The notes under the pieces were generated by a model. The model did no database searches and was not told the DNA's origin. It saw only the letters and a program-made list of their open reading frames with translations. The translations under genes were made by a program, and so were the position numbers. From contig CM119371.1 of the NCBI GenBank assembly GCA_051294905.1, positions 27,034,001-27,098,000 on the forward strand: DNA of 64,000 nucleotides, written 5' to 3'. Source of the DNA: Botryllus schlosseri. Taxonomy: Eukaryota. Shown one piece after another: positions 27,860 to 41,890 of this stretch. Position 1 is the stretch's first letter. Each line of letters begins with the position of its first letter.

Positions 27860-28540
27860 CATTTGAAAGCAACATTCTGAAAATATACATTAAAATTTCA
27901 ATAGAGCAATAGAATTACCCCGAAGTAGCCTTCAAAATCTGAAAATCAGCATTGTTCCAAACAATCGCAGCGACGCAGCACAATGGCCCTAACGGTGTCC
28001 GGTCAATACCGAGAAAACCATTACCGAGAATGCCATTACAGAGAATGGACACAACCGAGAATGGACATTACCGAGAATGGACACCACCGAGAATGGACAT
28101 TACCGAGAATGCAATATATGCAATGCAGGCATGCTATGCATATGAGCAGGTCGTGTGTGTGCATGTGCATCAGGGCGTTGCCACATTCGGTATCGATGCT
28201 CAGGTATTAATTTCTCGACAAAATCAGTCCCAGTAAGCTATATTATTGACATTGGCCATTCTCGGTAATGCCCATTCTCGGTGGTGTCCATTCTCGGTAA
28301 TGACTATTCTCGGTATTTTCGATTCTCGGTAATGTCCATTCTCGGTAATGGCATTCTCGGTAATGTCCATTCTCGGTTTTTCTCGGTATTGGTATAGAAC
28401 CGGCCCATAACGCGTGGTTGCGAATGTTCGGAACAATGCCGAATTTCATACTTTGGGGTGTATTTCGAAGGCGTTCCATTGCCCTGATTAGATTTTAATG
28501 CATATTTTCGGAATCAGTGCGACAGTAGCTTTCAAATCAG
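27860..28540. mobile_element. Old foldback element with a central ACCGAGAATG-repeat MITE (27993-28402)
   Basis: Outer diverged inverted arms (CATTGTTCCAAACAATCGCAGC / GGTTGCGAATGTTCGGAACAATG); inner element has about 15-bp ACCGAGAATGGAC tandem repeats in inverted orientation at its two ends. Confidence 0.7.
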
Positions 28541-30650
28541 AGCAACGTTATTCCAAACTGAAACGCAACATGTTTTTTACATAACATGTTACGTTTCAGT
28601 TTTGAACTTGATTAATTGGAAAACACGTCGCGTTTTCGGTTCTAAACTTGTTTATTTCGAAAACACGTCGGCGATTTTTGTTATTAAACGTGTTTTTGGA
28701 AAAAACATGCAAAAAACACGTTGAATACACGGTATATTTTTTACAGTGTAATGGGAAATTTGTAGGTTATAGAGGAAATCTTTTTGTCTACATAAAATAG
28801 GTTTGTTCAACTGAATAATAGTAGACTGAAGCACTTTTAGATGAAACAAAGACCTACCACGCGCAATGACAGTGAACATATTGTCATCCTAGTGCTGTGC
28901 ACAGGCAAGGTTTTCACTCAAATGCTGACCAATTGACGAAGCATATGCTTGATAATCGTCATAGAAATCTGTTTTGGCAGCCAATTTGCACTGACGTGCA
29001 AGCTCCGTGCGATCATTTGCGCATGTTTTTGACCGAATCAATTTTGGAATGTGTTGCTTAATACGCTCTACTACTATTCTACTACTCTACTATTATTCAG
29101 TTGAACAAACCTATTTTATGTAGACAAAAAGATTTCCTCTATAACCTACAAATTTCCCATTAGTGCGTGTTGTCTCGTGCGTGTATAACTGTTTATTTAT
29201 GAATTGCGTTGCTACTATAGTACCGTATGTCCGAATACTTCATAGTTTGTTATTGTTGCCATTGTTACGATGCGAATTTCATGGTCTGTGATTTTGATTG
29301 TTACGTCATACTTTGCCTTTTTGGTTTTGCTTTTAAATCTGTTTAAATCCCTTTAGTGTGCCGTTAACTCTTGAAAAGAGGCACCCGAAAAGTCTTCGAG
29401 TTCAATAAATATTATTTTACAATGGATATTGTATTGAAAGCTATATTAAAATATACAGTTGTATCTTGGTCGTGGATCAATTTAGAGACATTTTCATCTG
29501 GTTACCCGGACCTATACATAGCATAAAAGTGGATTTGCTGGGCAGTACACTTCAATACGCATGAAATGACTGGTATGATATGTCAGCATTGTTTGACTCA
29601 ATGATACGTTTTAGGCGGGGATAGTTTATGATTAAATCGGTGCGTGTGCAATAGTGCACTGAACGCTGGTCCGGCTCAACGAAGGGTAGGCCTAGTTTAC
29701 GTGGACTTTTTCCGCCCTACATATGAGCTTATTGATTCAACGGAATGTACTTAGTATCACGCATGGCGCGAAATAATCACTTCAATTATACGTACATGAA
29801 AGCAGTATTGTCAGTAGCGAATTACTGTCGCCTTTTTGTGAATATTACTATTTGCGTCCCCGTTGGTTGTTATTTTAGCCTACACCCACTTTAACGTGAA
29901 AAGTTTTATGCACAATGTCTGACTAAGCTTACTATTTACAATTTGAATTTTCTTGAAAGCAGTTTCGGGACGAGTTCGAATCCCTTTTATGTGCGAAGTT
30001 ATCATGAAAACCTCAACATGCAACCATCACGGCAACTGCTAAATATACTTGCGAAGATCGATCCTATTTGTTGTTTCATCAATCATCTTGAGTTGGTCGC
30101 GAATTTCGAAAGTAGCAACGTCCGATATCTGCCAACAGCATGGGAAGTAGTGCTGGGTAGATCGACAAATTCCTTAGTACGACTCCGAGACTATATTCTT
30201 TTCAAGACGGAATCCGGTTCCGACCCAACTCCATCTGTATAAGAAAAAGTATGAATCCTGCTCCAACCTTTCTCCGGCCCAAATAAAAATATCCGATCAA
30301 TATACACAAGGAATCCGGTGGATATCCAGTCCATGGAGTAACCTTACACGGTCTAATGGTGACTTTCGATGATTACCTTTCCTTTTGCAATTGCACTTCG
30401 ATGTAGTTTCGCATGTCATGTCTTGGAAATTGATAATTCTAGTTTTAATAAGTGAGAATTCACGGCATTATTTCTTTTTCCACTTGGGCACCAATGCTGG
30501 CGACTTATACCGCCTTTGTGATTGAATTTGCCCATACCAGCAGCAGCAAGAGAACCAAGCCGATCGAGTATATCCCGATAGACTCTCGCTCAACTCGGAC
30601 GCATAATTGGTTCTTGATGCAAGAGTCTATTCGTGTGTATTTTCCATAGC

Positions 30651-31256
30651 GTCGTGCAATGGTATGGACACAAGCTACTCTCACCGATCACTGCGATTGG
30701 TCTACGTCACAATTTCCATTAGGCTAAAGGCAATTTGAACGTATTTTTGACCGGCTTGCCGAGCGCTAAATTTGATAAAATTTGTTATCAATGGAAAGCT
30801 ACCGGCGTACTGATTGCGATAATATAAAAAAATCAGCTTCGAATTTTGATTGTAATTGAATTTGGCATGGTGAAGCAAGAATGCCGTCTGGAAGCAAGTG
30901 AGGAGCAGCGCAACCCGCAAGCGGTTAAGCATTCACACTCTCACTCTCACTGCACACTTGCTCCAAGCTGCGGTCGCTTATTCCAGACGGCATTGTTGCG
31001 CCACAAGACAAAATTCTGTTACAATACGAAATGCAATGCTAATTTTGAGGCATTCCAGGACTACGAGCAAAACAATATTTATATTATCGTCATCGGTACC
31101 CCGATAGCATTTGATTGATACTAATTTTATCCGATTTGTCGCTCGGCAGGCCGGTCAAAAATTACCGTAAAATTGGCTTTAGCCAAATGGGAAGTGGGAC
31201 GTACACCAACTGCAGTGAGCCGTGAGATTTGCTTGTGTCCGCACCATTGTGGGACA
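30651..31256. repeat. Diverged hairpin (foldback MITE) of about 600 bp
   Basis: Arms pair along their length, e.g. TTTTTGACCGGCTTGCCGAGCG with CGCTCGGCAGGCCGGTCAAAAA and AATGCCGTCTGGAA with TTCCAGACGGCATT. Confidence 0.75.
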
Positions 31257-32503
31257 TTATGATATTTCCAAATATTTTGTAATACCCTTATTTCATGCTG
31301 AACGTTATACTGTAGTTAATGAGCTAGCATCACTCGTGACCTGACCAGTCACGAGCCGTTTCTGGAGCACGATCGGTTTTTAACTCAGCCGGAATGTGTC
31401 CAGGATTTTAATCCGATTTGAAAGTCGGATTTAAGCAGGCTTGTTCTACTGATACATGACAAAATAACCGTTATTTTAACCGAGTTTTAGACGACTGTAA
31501 TTTTTAAATTGAACAATGGATTCTTTGGGGACTCCGGATTTTAAATTGCCGACCGGATCCAGGTGGACACGACTTCCGAAATTTGGGAATTGGCTGATTT
31601 CTACCCTTGACTGGTAACCTTCAATTCGAACTGACCCATTCTTTTAACGATGCCACAATCCTAGGTAATTGTTTTGTATTCATAATCTAGAACAGAATAC
31701 GGGGCTCTATGTCAGGATGAATCTTGTAATGACATAACCTCTGTTGTGTGTGTCGGCCCTAATCGAAATACTAATATCTTTTTACGGTGTATACATTAGT
31801 AATAATTTCTATCCTGCTACATACAAGAGTACGAACCGAATAGTAAAACAAAGATAAAGATAGCAGCGTCTTGAAAGTCAGTGTTTCTCAATAACTTGGC
31901 AGGAACTATGCCGTGCTATGCCTGTCGACTCTACTCCGTTAACTGCTAATTGTTTCGACAGAAAACTGGTTTGTTTCAGTGCGTCTGACGATTTAATATA
32001 TTACCGACGACGCAACAGACGATATTAGGTCATCAATGACTGAGTGTTTCCCGGCTCAGAATATTCGGAACAGTTCCGCAATATTCCAAGCGAAAAATGT
32101 TGTTTCTGAATGCTACGAATTCAAAATCTTTCACAACCTAACCATCGTTTCAAGATGAGACTTCGCTCGTGTCATCAGCTTTGCTTGACGTCTCGCGTAT
32201 AAAACTGGACGTAGCACCCTACTCGATTACTTCATCTACATTTATATAACCAACGCAGATGGGAAGGCAAGAAGTGCTTCCATTCCGAATTCGCAGTTGA
32301 CCTTCACAGAAAACCAGTCGATTGAGAACCATCAACTAGGATTCTTGCAATCTGCAAACGGCTTCCTAGTGTCGGGCTACCAAACACGCTGAGCCACTAA
32401 CGAACCTAGCCATTTCTAGCGTTATACGACATCGAGAGACATCAATACGTTGAGCGTTTGTATTTCAACAGGAACACAACAAATTAATATCACAACTACT
32501 CAT

Positions 32504-34735
32504 TCATTTCTCGCAAATAACGCTTTTAGCTTGATGCCCATGCGGGGGATTGAACATATCCTGATACACGGCGTCCCACTGCGACGAAACCTTGATAGCC
32601 ATGCAGCAGCAAGCGGAATGACGAGGATGGCCGGGCATCCATTTGACGAAACGCGCACGACCACCGTCGGGGAGCACTACGTGGTTTCTCTAAAATGAAG
32701 GATTCATTTCACATGAAATTCTAAGCGTACGCCACTAACTGTAAGCAAACCCGTGGATGGTAGGATGAGGCGATCCAGCTGTCCAGGTAATTTTCGCGGG
32801 GTGAAGAAGGTTTGATGACTACGACGGAGCGGATGAAGCGGACGAGCTCGTTGTAGTGAAGTTGTGAGTAGACCGACGCCGGTTTGCCGCCGCCTTCAGA
32901 ACAAATGTCCGCTATTTCGTCGCAGCCGATCTTCTCTCCTTCCCGAATTTCAAGCCAGAAGCATTTTCCGTTGTACTTCACCGAACAGAATCCTGGGAAT
33001 GGATACGCATTATTGGAAAATTTGCGAATTACCGCCACCTCAGCCTACCATCTAGTAACCGTCACTATCCAATGGGTCAGGTCAAATCGAGCCGCACACC
33101 TTAAATTCCTACTACATAATGTAACTGGGGTACAGCGGATTTATAGCACCACAAACAGTTCTTAGTATGGTACAGAATAAGAGAACGCCATCCAATGCTC
33201 GATATGAACGCACAAAACTTGTGTGGAAGATGAAGTGCTATTCCCCTGTAGCGTTCTTTTTTGCGCTTTATCGAGGATGGTAGACGAAAGCAATGGACCA
33301 AGCCGATCTCTGGGGTGCTCCATAGAAATATAACATACATTGAACTTGCATTCACCGATTTGAACATTTTAAACCATAAACGAAACTACTGTATGGTTAT
33401 GGCTCATACCGTCACGCATGACTTGTGTTCATGCTGACAACGAGCTTTGTGTCAACTCACGGGAGTTGAGAAGGTAGTGACAAGTGCAAGTTGAGGTTAA
33501 GTCCTTCGTAGTTCTAGTTACAGCTTAATCATTTATTCGAGTAGAAAACTCGCTAATAAATGCATAATTGTACATGATTAAGCTTAATACAACCAAATAC
33601 AAATGCATAATGTACACCTACCTTACGCTATAGTGGAAATCAGCAAAATGAACTTTAGAGTTTAACAAGTGGAAATCAGCAAAATGAAAGAGTCGAGTTT
33701 ACAGTGTACTAACGTTGTTATAATCACCTTGTTTCTCCCCGACTCTTAGTATCCCCTCGTTCAGGTTTTGAGCACCTGGAAAATAAAACGATGGTACAGA
33801 ATACAACGCGGTGACGAAAACGACCTTCACTCACGTGATCTCAAGTCTCGCAGTAGCGTTTTGGCTTGGACCACTATGACGTCATGAGACTCGAGCACTG
33901 AAAAATGATGTGTAATTACTGCACAATACCGCCTATTGACGTTTGAACGCTTCGATAATCACTGGTCAAATTTGTATCCGCCTCAATTGCCCAGCTGTAA
34001 ACCGACTTCGCGGTCAGAGGTAGGATTTTCGCCATGCCTTCCTCGATGTGTGCAGTCGTGTGATCTGTGAATGGGGAAATTACATCAACAAGCTAGAACG
34101 GAGTCGTGACCGTTCGAATACACGCCATTCGAACAGGCAGAGTTTTGTAGGGCTTCGTTGGGAACAGTACACGGGCCGATGAAGTGACATGCTCGAAGTG
34201 TTGTATTTAAGAAGTTTTGATGCTCGGGGTCGTTTTTCATCGAGTCGCATGCTTCATAGCGTCTTGACAACTGCTAAAATGGGATCAGCCCTAAACTTAC
34301 CCAGGTCTTCGTCCAAGTAGAACTTTTGCAAGTCCTCATTCAACTCTGTTAAATGAATGATCGGCAGTCACGTTTTGAACGGTACTTGAATACTCGGACC
34401 TTTGAATAGAGATCTACACTCGTACCTGCAAGCTTTTTCAAATCCGCCAATCCCTCTTCAGTCGCGTTGATCTTACTATGGAGTCGAGAATGCAGACCGG
34501 CTGAGTCTATAAAAAGCGAAACACGCAGGTTGAAACCTATCCGCAAAGAGCTCGGTAAATGATTACCGTCGACATCAGTCGATCTTTCCACTCGCTCAAC
34601 TGGGCCATCTTCACTCGCTACATCGGAACTTTTCGGTATTACGTGCGCGACATCCGACTCAACAATTAGAGCGTTCGATACGAGCAATTGCTGAGACAAC
34701 AGAGTCCAAAAGAAAAGCGAACTGACTACGTCCAT
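32504..34735 (-). CDS. Secreted C-type lectin domain protein, paralog 3 (multi-exon)
   Basis: First exon MDVVSSLFFWTLLSQQLLVSNA from ATG 34735; stalk exons to about 33720; CTLD GFCSVKYNGKCFWLE...IGCDEIADICSEGGGKPA...DSWIA; last exon KWMPGHP...CCCMAI...AKSVICEK-stop at 32504. Confidence 0.8.
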
Positions 34736-36256
34736 ACTGCTAACGTTTGCAACTGAAGAGTCGATGAAATTCACTAATGTATGGTGACTCCTCTCACCGT
34801 TGTCGCACAGACATGTAATGTCGCCTTGCTGATAGTGAGGTACATATCTACTCCGTCAATAAATTCGCCCGCTGATTTAATCAACGTTTGTTGATCACTT
34901 CGCTCATGTGGCGGTTCTGTTATAATTTCTACAGTTAGGAGTCGAAATCGTTGATGCCATGTCTAGCTTCACTATACGAAGACACCTTCTCTCGGATAAC
35001 ACTCGTGTTACTCGTCATCAAAACCCTTATAAGTTTGCTTACTTGTCAATGACATTGAATTTGCCAGTTGTGGGTGATATCAGATGGGATTTACCAGTTA
35101 AGCAGGCCTGTCGGAATTAGCCTTTCCAATTGGGCGGTGATTTAAAATAACTACGAAATGACTGAGGGCACTGCAATAGGGATAGATTTATGAAAATATA
35201 TTCAGACGCATGGGCTATTGCTCTCAGTAATATATCTTACAAAAGTCAAAACATAAAAAATATGTAGTACGAAAATCTTATCACTTGACCAAGTAGTCTA
35301 TAGTGCTAGTAGGACCTACTTGAGTACTCCGAAATGACAGAAGTTATTCGTTACTGAACACCCCTCGTTATCAGCCACTATAGATTTACCATAAATACCA
35401 TTTTAACAAATCCAACACCTCTACAGACACGCAAGGTCACGAAATACTATTGGACCGAAGCGTAATACGTAAATTTGGTAGCTGACTATCCCGATAGGCG
35501 AAATTGCTGCTATATGGCGATGGAAACATCCGCTCGCGGACGGATATTGAACAGTTCATGTTCAACGCGCGGGTCGGTCACCTAGCGAAATGGGTTTGTG
35601 TATGATGCACAGTTCACTGACCCAAGAAGGCCATTCACATCCTGGCGTTTGAATCGTTTATTGATTAAATCAACCATTTATATAATAATCTGCGTTCGCG
35701 ATTTGGAAGCGTTGCTTTGTGGGTAGCCTGCAATTTATGGGAGCCTGCACTTACGTGCTGTTAACAGGACACTTAGGATACAGCCGTTCTGAACGTCATT
35801 CTGTTACGATGTTGTCGTTGTTGTTGACGTTGATTAGGTTTTTATTTCGCGATTACGTCAAAGTGTCTTCGCCATATCCTAGTAGTCTTATGCATTTGTT
35901 TGCATATATATATGGTGGTTGGCAAACAATACAAATCCAAAGACTCAAAATATCGTTTCGTCATGAGGTCAAATTCTAGAGCGCAAAGCAAATCGTTTCC
36001 GTCGATGCATATTATACTTTTCGTAGTCAATGAAATCCAAATTGTATCAAAGTAAGTGAATTTACTTCTAGAAGTAGTATATGAAGTTGCTTAAAACAGT
36101 GGTTTTTACCCATTCTGTACTCAGGCTCCGGTAACCCTCAAAGCAGATGTTGCGGGCCGGTGAACCTTCCTGAATCAAAAGTAACCCCATTGCTATGGGT
36201 TTAACGAGTACGACACATGAGAGACAGTTAATGATCTCCTACCGCAATCGACGTCT

Positions 36257-36329
36257 GCCTCGATGGCGCAGTAGGCAGCGCGTGAGTCTCATAATCTCAA
36301 GGTCGTGAGTTCGATCCTCACTCGGGGCA
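36257..36329 (+). tRNA. trnM: tRNA-Met (CAU), elongator type
   Basis: 73-nt cloverleaf GCCTCGA...CTCATAA...GTTCGATCC...TCGGGGCA; anticodon CAT; T-run Pol III terminator just downstream. Confidence 0.95.
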
Positions 36330-37904
36330 TGAATTTTTTATTTACTTTTCATAAAGCCTATAGACCAGAATATGTACCATTGTACCTCTGCTATTGCTTT
36401 TCCACGTCATAATAAGACACAAGGAGACGTTCACGCCGTATGCAAGTATTCTTCTCGCTTATATATTCTTTCCTTCATCAACGTGATACTACTTCAAAGT
36501 TATATAATAATCGTCTTTTAATCATAAATCGAAACTTACATCAACAATAGATGGTCCGAAAGTTGATAGCCTGATTCTGTAGCCCATATTGAGTCAACAA
36601 AGTAGTGCAAACCATCATCATTCATCAACCGTGTGGTAATTCGGACCAATATTTTCCAAAATTGCAGCCTTCAAAAACCAAAGATTACAAGGAAGCTTTT
36701 GGTTTAACTAGCTCAAACCTAACTGTCGCGCAGCATTACCAGCATCATTTGGAAAAGTTTGACAAGCTGGAGGAATTTTGTTGTAGTATAAAGTTTTGGT
36801 ATACTAACTCAACGATGATCACTACATTCTATATTATAGAGATATCAGAGTTTTGTGGTTCGTTATTCAGGAATATAATACTCGGCAAGCAGATTGAATA
36901 TATTTCAAGGTTATACACCCCATGACCGACAAATCTTTGGATGCTCAGCAAGGTATCTGAGTTCGGGAACAATTTGGCACCACCGAGAGCGTATATACCT
37001 CTGAAACATCGATGTGGACATGCAGTACTCGAGCGCGAACAGAACGTTCGCACGAATAATCCTTTCCGTATTAAGGTAACTCTTTTGCAGCAAAATTTGT
37101 TCAATATATTGCTTGGCTTGACGTGGATGTGTCATCGCAGTGACGTGCGAGCATGGGAGGCAAGTGAGGCATTGACTCATCTGTCGCCAGGATGAGTAAA
37201 GACAAATTGTCAAAACGTCTAGGATTATTGATATTTACCGCCGATGTTCATGAATAACTAAGTTGGAATATTTTTTTTCATGCAACATCACCAATTTTCA
37301 TATTTATTATTCAAAAATACCGCGTGAAAAGAGAAGTGAGGTGAGGAACGGGCGGGACGGAAATGCAATTCATCATAAAGAGCTCAGAATTCGTAATAAC
37401 CGGTATCAATCAAATGCTATTGTCACGCTGATTTCGGAAATCCGAATATTAACAACCGCAGAGCACTGGAACCATCACCCGAAATCACCAAGGAATGTGA
37501 AATTCGGCATTATTACATACAATGGCAGCGCAGAGAAACAATAGCCAGGCGAGGCACAATCGAACCTGCCTCAATCACAATTCGCTAACAAGCGGACAAT
37601 CGCAGCAGAGTGAAAGGCGCTATCGCTTTCGGAAACCGACAGTACAGTGCTATATGAATTATATATAGCGACGGCCAATACCTAATCCGGAGAAAATGCA
37701 TTCCCTTACTGATGTAGTTTTTACGTGTTTCCTCCATGCCTACCTTAAATTGTGGTATGTGTTAGCTAGTAGCTACTTACATAGTCGACGCTGTCGTTGT
37801 TTGCGGCCTTCACAGTGTATGCGACTGCAATAGTCATTTAGCCTACAGGCCCGACACTGGGTTTACCATATTTTTGTGGCTCAAATTCCGGACACTCTTT
37901 AGAG

Positions 37905-38990
37905 CAGGGGTGGGCAAACTACGGCCCGCGGGCCGCATGCGGCGCTCCATACCGTCTTGTGCGGCCCGCGAGAGTCTAAAGAAACTTTTTTTAAATATTG
38001 ATAAAATGCGTACTAAAAATCGAATTAATGCTGGGACTTGATCAAACTTTTTCTCAATATATTTCACCATGATAATTTTAAGGAAGTGGTTCTCAAACTG
38101 GGGGTGCACCCCCTTTGGGGGCGTGAAAGTATCTGAAGGGGGCTCGAAGCTGAGCTCAACTGAGAAATTTTTTCGCGCTTCGCGCGATCTACGTCCCGTT
38201 CATTATTATTGCTATACGTTTCACATTTCAAAATCTCTCATCCACAGTCGAACCTTCCATTCTATCTAACTATCTTTTAGGTTTGCTAGCATCCTGGTTG
38301 CGTTTTGTGATATGACGATAAGGGGGCGCGAACTCTTTTACCATAACGATTGGGGGGGGGGTCATGTCTTGAAAATTTTACAACCATTGTTCTAAGGTAT
38401 ATACTTCCCATGTCATTTATTATTTTAATTTATGGCGCGACAGCCCGATCTCAAGGCCCACGCAGTGTGAAAGATTTCAACTGGTAAAACAATACAGGAA
38501 TCATAAGCGAGATTGACATATTTCTGGTCACTAGTCTGATTTCAGATTGGGCACTCCCGTTTTAATTACTTCAGTGATGTGCTTATAAAAAACGATTCGC
38601 GCGTGTCTTAGGTAGATTCGTTCTCTGTATGCGTAGAATTAGGGTATTTATATTTTATCTACAGACAGTAGAAACGTGTCTGAAGCTAACATGGTTATGG
38701 TGCTGTCAGGATTTTGTGTCCTGGAACTTTATAGTTTTAACAAATTGGTTTTTGAGGTCGACCAGCCTATGAAATCTCGCCACTAGCTCTTTCTGACGCG
38801 TGTACGATATCATCAAAGCAATGTTTGTATTGTTTTAAATATGCATATATATCTTATCTTGATGTCCTTACTATATAATCAAATACCAATATTGCATTTT
38901 GGTTTATAATCACAATTTTATATAGTGCGGCCCGCGAATGGATTCAGATGATGAATGCGGCCCGCGAGCTCAAAAGTTTGCCCACCCCTG
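37905..38990. mobile_element. hAT (Charlie/Buster-like) MITE hosting a nested MITE
   Basis: TIR CAGGGGTGGGCAAACT / AGTTTGCCCACCCCTG; perfect TSD CTTTAGAG (37897-37904, 38991-38998). Confidence 0.92.
38084..38389. mobile_element. Nested hAT MITE, same family as 3111-3431 in opposite orientation
   Basis: Ends AAGTGGTTCTCAAA / TTTTACAACCATTG; TSD TTTTAAGG / TTCTAAGG; similar to the reverse complement of 3111-3431. Confidence 0.8.
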
Positions 38991-39032
38991 CTTTAGAGCC
39001 TACTATGGTGGCTTATATATTGAGGTACGAAC

Positions 39033-39990
39033 TAGGGATGGTGTGAACGTGATGTTCACGTTCGCGTTCTGTGTGTGAACCTCGGAAATTTTGAGGTTCA
39101 CGTTCACAACAGAACCTTGGTAGGTTCTGCACTGTGAACCTTTTTCATATATTGCAATTTTCACTTAATTATAACATTTCTGGTTTGAGTTTATGGAGTT
39201 ACAATTGCGGGCCACTTTATGCATGGAGCTGGCCTCATAAACATTCTACACTAAACGAGTATGCCCTTGACAATCTCAAAAAATATGGTTACAAAAGTTT
39301 GCTCGAAATACCCAGCTTTCCGTTTGTACATATTTAGTGTCTCTGTGCTGTGAGCTTGACCCGCAATCACATGACATCAAGAGCAAAATACACTGTATTT
39401 TGTCAGCAAATGATCCTAATTCAACCAATCAATGAGATTGATATCGTCTTCTGATGTAAAAATATAGCAGGCGTACGGGGTCAATCTTGACTACATATGT
39501 ATATACTGTATCATAAAAACCAAATCCGTGCGTCTGGGGTGTTGGCTATACTGCTGTATAACTTGTTAATGGGGTAATATCGGTAGCAAGTATAGAAACT
39601 TATTTTACACTATGCTTAATATCCATGTGGCAATACTCAGACGCCGAATACATTGTCCGATCAGGTCGAAATATATGGCAAAGCGACGCAAGATACTGAT
39701 TTTATGGGATTATTATTTATATCATTTGATTGCCTCAGTTGATACATTTGGCGACGTTTAAAACGTCAATATGTATACTTAAGTACTGAGCTATTATGTG
39801 GCCCGAGTCGTCGCTCGGTATCGTGTACAGCAGATTAATATTGGCAATCACCTAATTGAAATATGGTGTTAAAATTAGCAATATGACATCACGTGACGTC
39901 ATGAGGTTCACGTTCGTGTTCACACAGAACCTTTCAAAAAGGTTCACGTTCACACGAACCTGAACCTTTCAGAGGTTCACACCATCCCTA
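39033..39990. mobile_element. hAT-type MITE with GTGAAC/GTTCAC subterminal repeats
   Basis: TIR TAGGGATGGTGTGAAC / GTTCACACCATCCCTA; perfect TSD GTACGAAC (39025-39032, 39991-39998); partial inverted copy at about 44319-44620. Confidence 0.92.
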
Positions 39991-40456
39991 GTACGAACAC
40001 ATTTTCAGTCAATATGACGTCACATTAGCAAAGCTTCGCCTATCGACTGTAGGAGTGGAGTGGAACATAAGTTCTGAATTTGGCCGTCTCTAATTTGAGC
40101 TCAGGTGATTCCTTGGGTCTGCAACTTCTTGGGGGCTTACTTACTACATGCATCTGGTTGTTAAATTTTTCGAATGAATTCTGTCAATAATATTTGTTCT
40201 TCAATATATTAGGCCTACTATAAAATGCACCAGCAGGTTGCACATGTGGTAGTTTCCAACTTTCTATGGTGGCGACCTCACTTCCAATTTGAAAATATTC
40301 CGTGGTCCAGCTTAAAAATTGATAAGCTGATCACTAAAAAGGGTCAGCTTTCCCAGACTTACGGCCTATTTCGGAATCTGATAACGTCCAATGTCTTCGC
40401 GATCCCCAGAATAAAGGCAAATGACCCCTAGGTTTAGAACAGCTGGCTTTGATATA

Positions 40457-41046
40457 CAATTGAATAGTATATTCATATTGAAATGAACCCGAATATTTTC
40501 GGCTGACACTCGTCAGGGGTAATCGTCAGCAACTAGTAGAGAATTCAAAAGAACAGCGTATATCAACAATCGTAACACAAAATATGACGTCATCAGTACG
40601 AAATGTCGAATACGAGAGCGTTCAATGTACTATTTTTAGATGATACACGAACTCTTTTTGTTGACACAGCCTTGGCTGGTGCATTTTGATAAAAGTCGAC
40701 TCCAAGGCACACAAATGTAAGTGTGCGCGACCCTTTCCGAGTTATGCGAAATCTGTCGTCTCGATAATCTTCGCACATGCGGGATTATCCAACAAGTGTT
40801 TGCCAATTGCAGGATTTATGGCCTTTGATTGTCCGCATCAATCTTGAGCGGATGAGTTAAGGGTGAGCTTTTCACCGAGCGTGTTCTAATGAATCTAGAG
40901 GGACATGCAGATTTATGCGTTCCTGTGTTACGATTGTTGATATACGCTGTTCTTTTGAATTCTCTACTAGTTGCTAACGATTACCCCTGACGAGTGTCAG
41001 CCGAAGATATTCGGGTTCATTTCAATATGAATATACTATTCAATTG
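40457..41046. mobile_element. MITE with about 120-bp TIRs in a TA context (Tc1/mariner-like target)
   Basis: CAATTGAATAGTATATTC... arms at 40457-40578 and 40925-41046 flanked by TATA; a lone arm fragment at about 43608-43672. Confidence 0.85.
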
Positions 41047-41890
41047 TATAGTGAAGTTTTGTACCTCCAAGAAGCTGTTCAACTGAATATTTCGGAACGG
41101 AAAAATTCAAATATGTAATGTAGAATTTCAACAGGGTGCGGGGATAATCGTCTCGCCTACCCACTTTCTCTTGCTGCTGTCATTATTCACATCTCAGTAT
41201 AACTTTATCAGGTAGCCTACTATACTGTTTCTGTATGTGTGAGAGGTGGTGGAGAGGTAAGTGCTTCACCAGGTACGGGTCTCACCGCACGCCACTGCGT
41301 CATCGACATAACACATGACTGTATTACAAAAAAAAAACATTGAGGTGATTAACGTCCAAGCAAGGATATTATTAAATAAAATAATTTATGTCCTCGTGAA
41401 CTACTATACGATTACACATCCTACACTGGCCAGTTTCCAGCTTCTTCATGCCCAGCACCACACACTTACAACTCCGACACAACGTTATTTGCAGCCCAAA
41501 CTCAATTGATATGAAGGATCTATATTCTCTTACATTAACTATAATAAAAATATGGCCTGCAAACATGTCGATGTGTCGATCACCACTCTTGCTGATCGTT
41601 GCGATCCCACTGTTGGCTGGCTTGGCGTTCTACCTTATTTGTTAGTCGTGGATTAAATGATTTCTCTCATTATAGCCTACAAATCACGCGTCGTGGAATT
41701 AAGCGAAATGGATTCGTGCAAGAGCCGTGTCAGTAGATGTGCAGACAGGGGTAATAGGCTCACATCGTCGTTATCTGCGTATTCTTGAGGCAGCATAATC
41801 TGTGATCGTTTGTAATGTTGTGATATACATTGCCTAACGAAAGCAGTTACATTACAGTGATGTAATAGGTGATTTTATTATAGTATAAAT

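Larger units (their letters stand above)
16196..28748 (-). mobile_element. EnSpm/CACTA (CMC superfamily) DNA transposon, 12,553 bp, CACTG termini
   Basis: 14-bp TIR CACTGTAAAAAATA / TATTTTTTACAGTG; TA duplicated (16194-16195, 28749-28750); ACA(C/T)GT subterminal motifs at both ends; contains transposase and accessory gene. Confidence 0.92.
15909..29447. mobile_element. Foldback element with 362-bp inverted arms; left arm split by the EnSpm insertion
   Basis: 15909-16195 plus 28751-28825 is the reverse complement of 29086-29447; 260-bp spacer 28826-29085. Confidence 0.9.

Noticed and set aside
27952..28479. ORFs with repeated HYREWT/MDITENG peptides
   Set aside because: Translations of the roughly 15-bp MITE subterminal repeats on both strands, not proteins.
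36911..37213. Minus-strand ORF faintly resembling a Penelope-type reverse transcriptase segment (LFALEYCMSTSMFQ)
   Set aside because: No catalytic motifs visible; too weak to call without a profile search.
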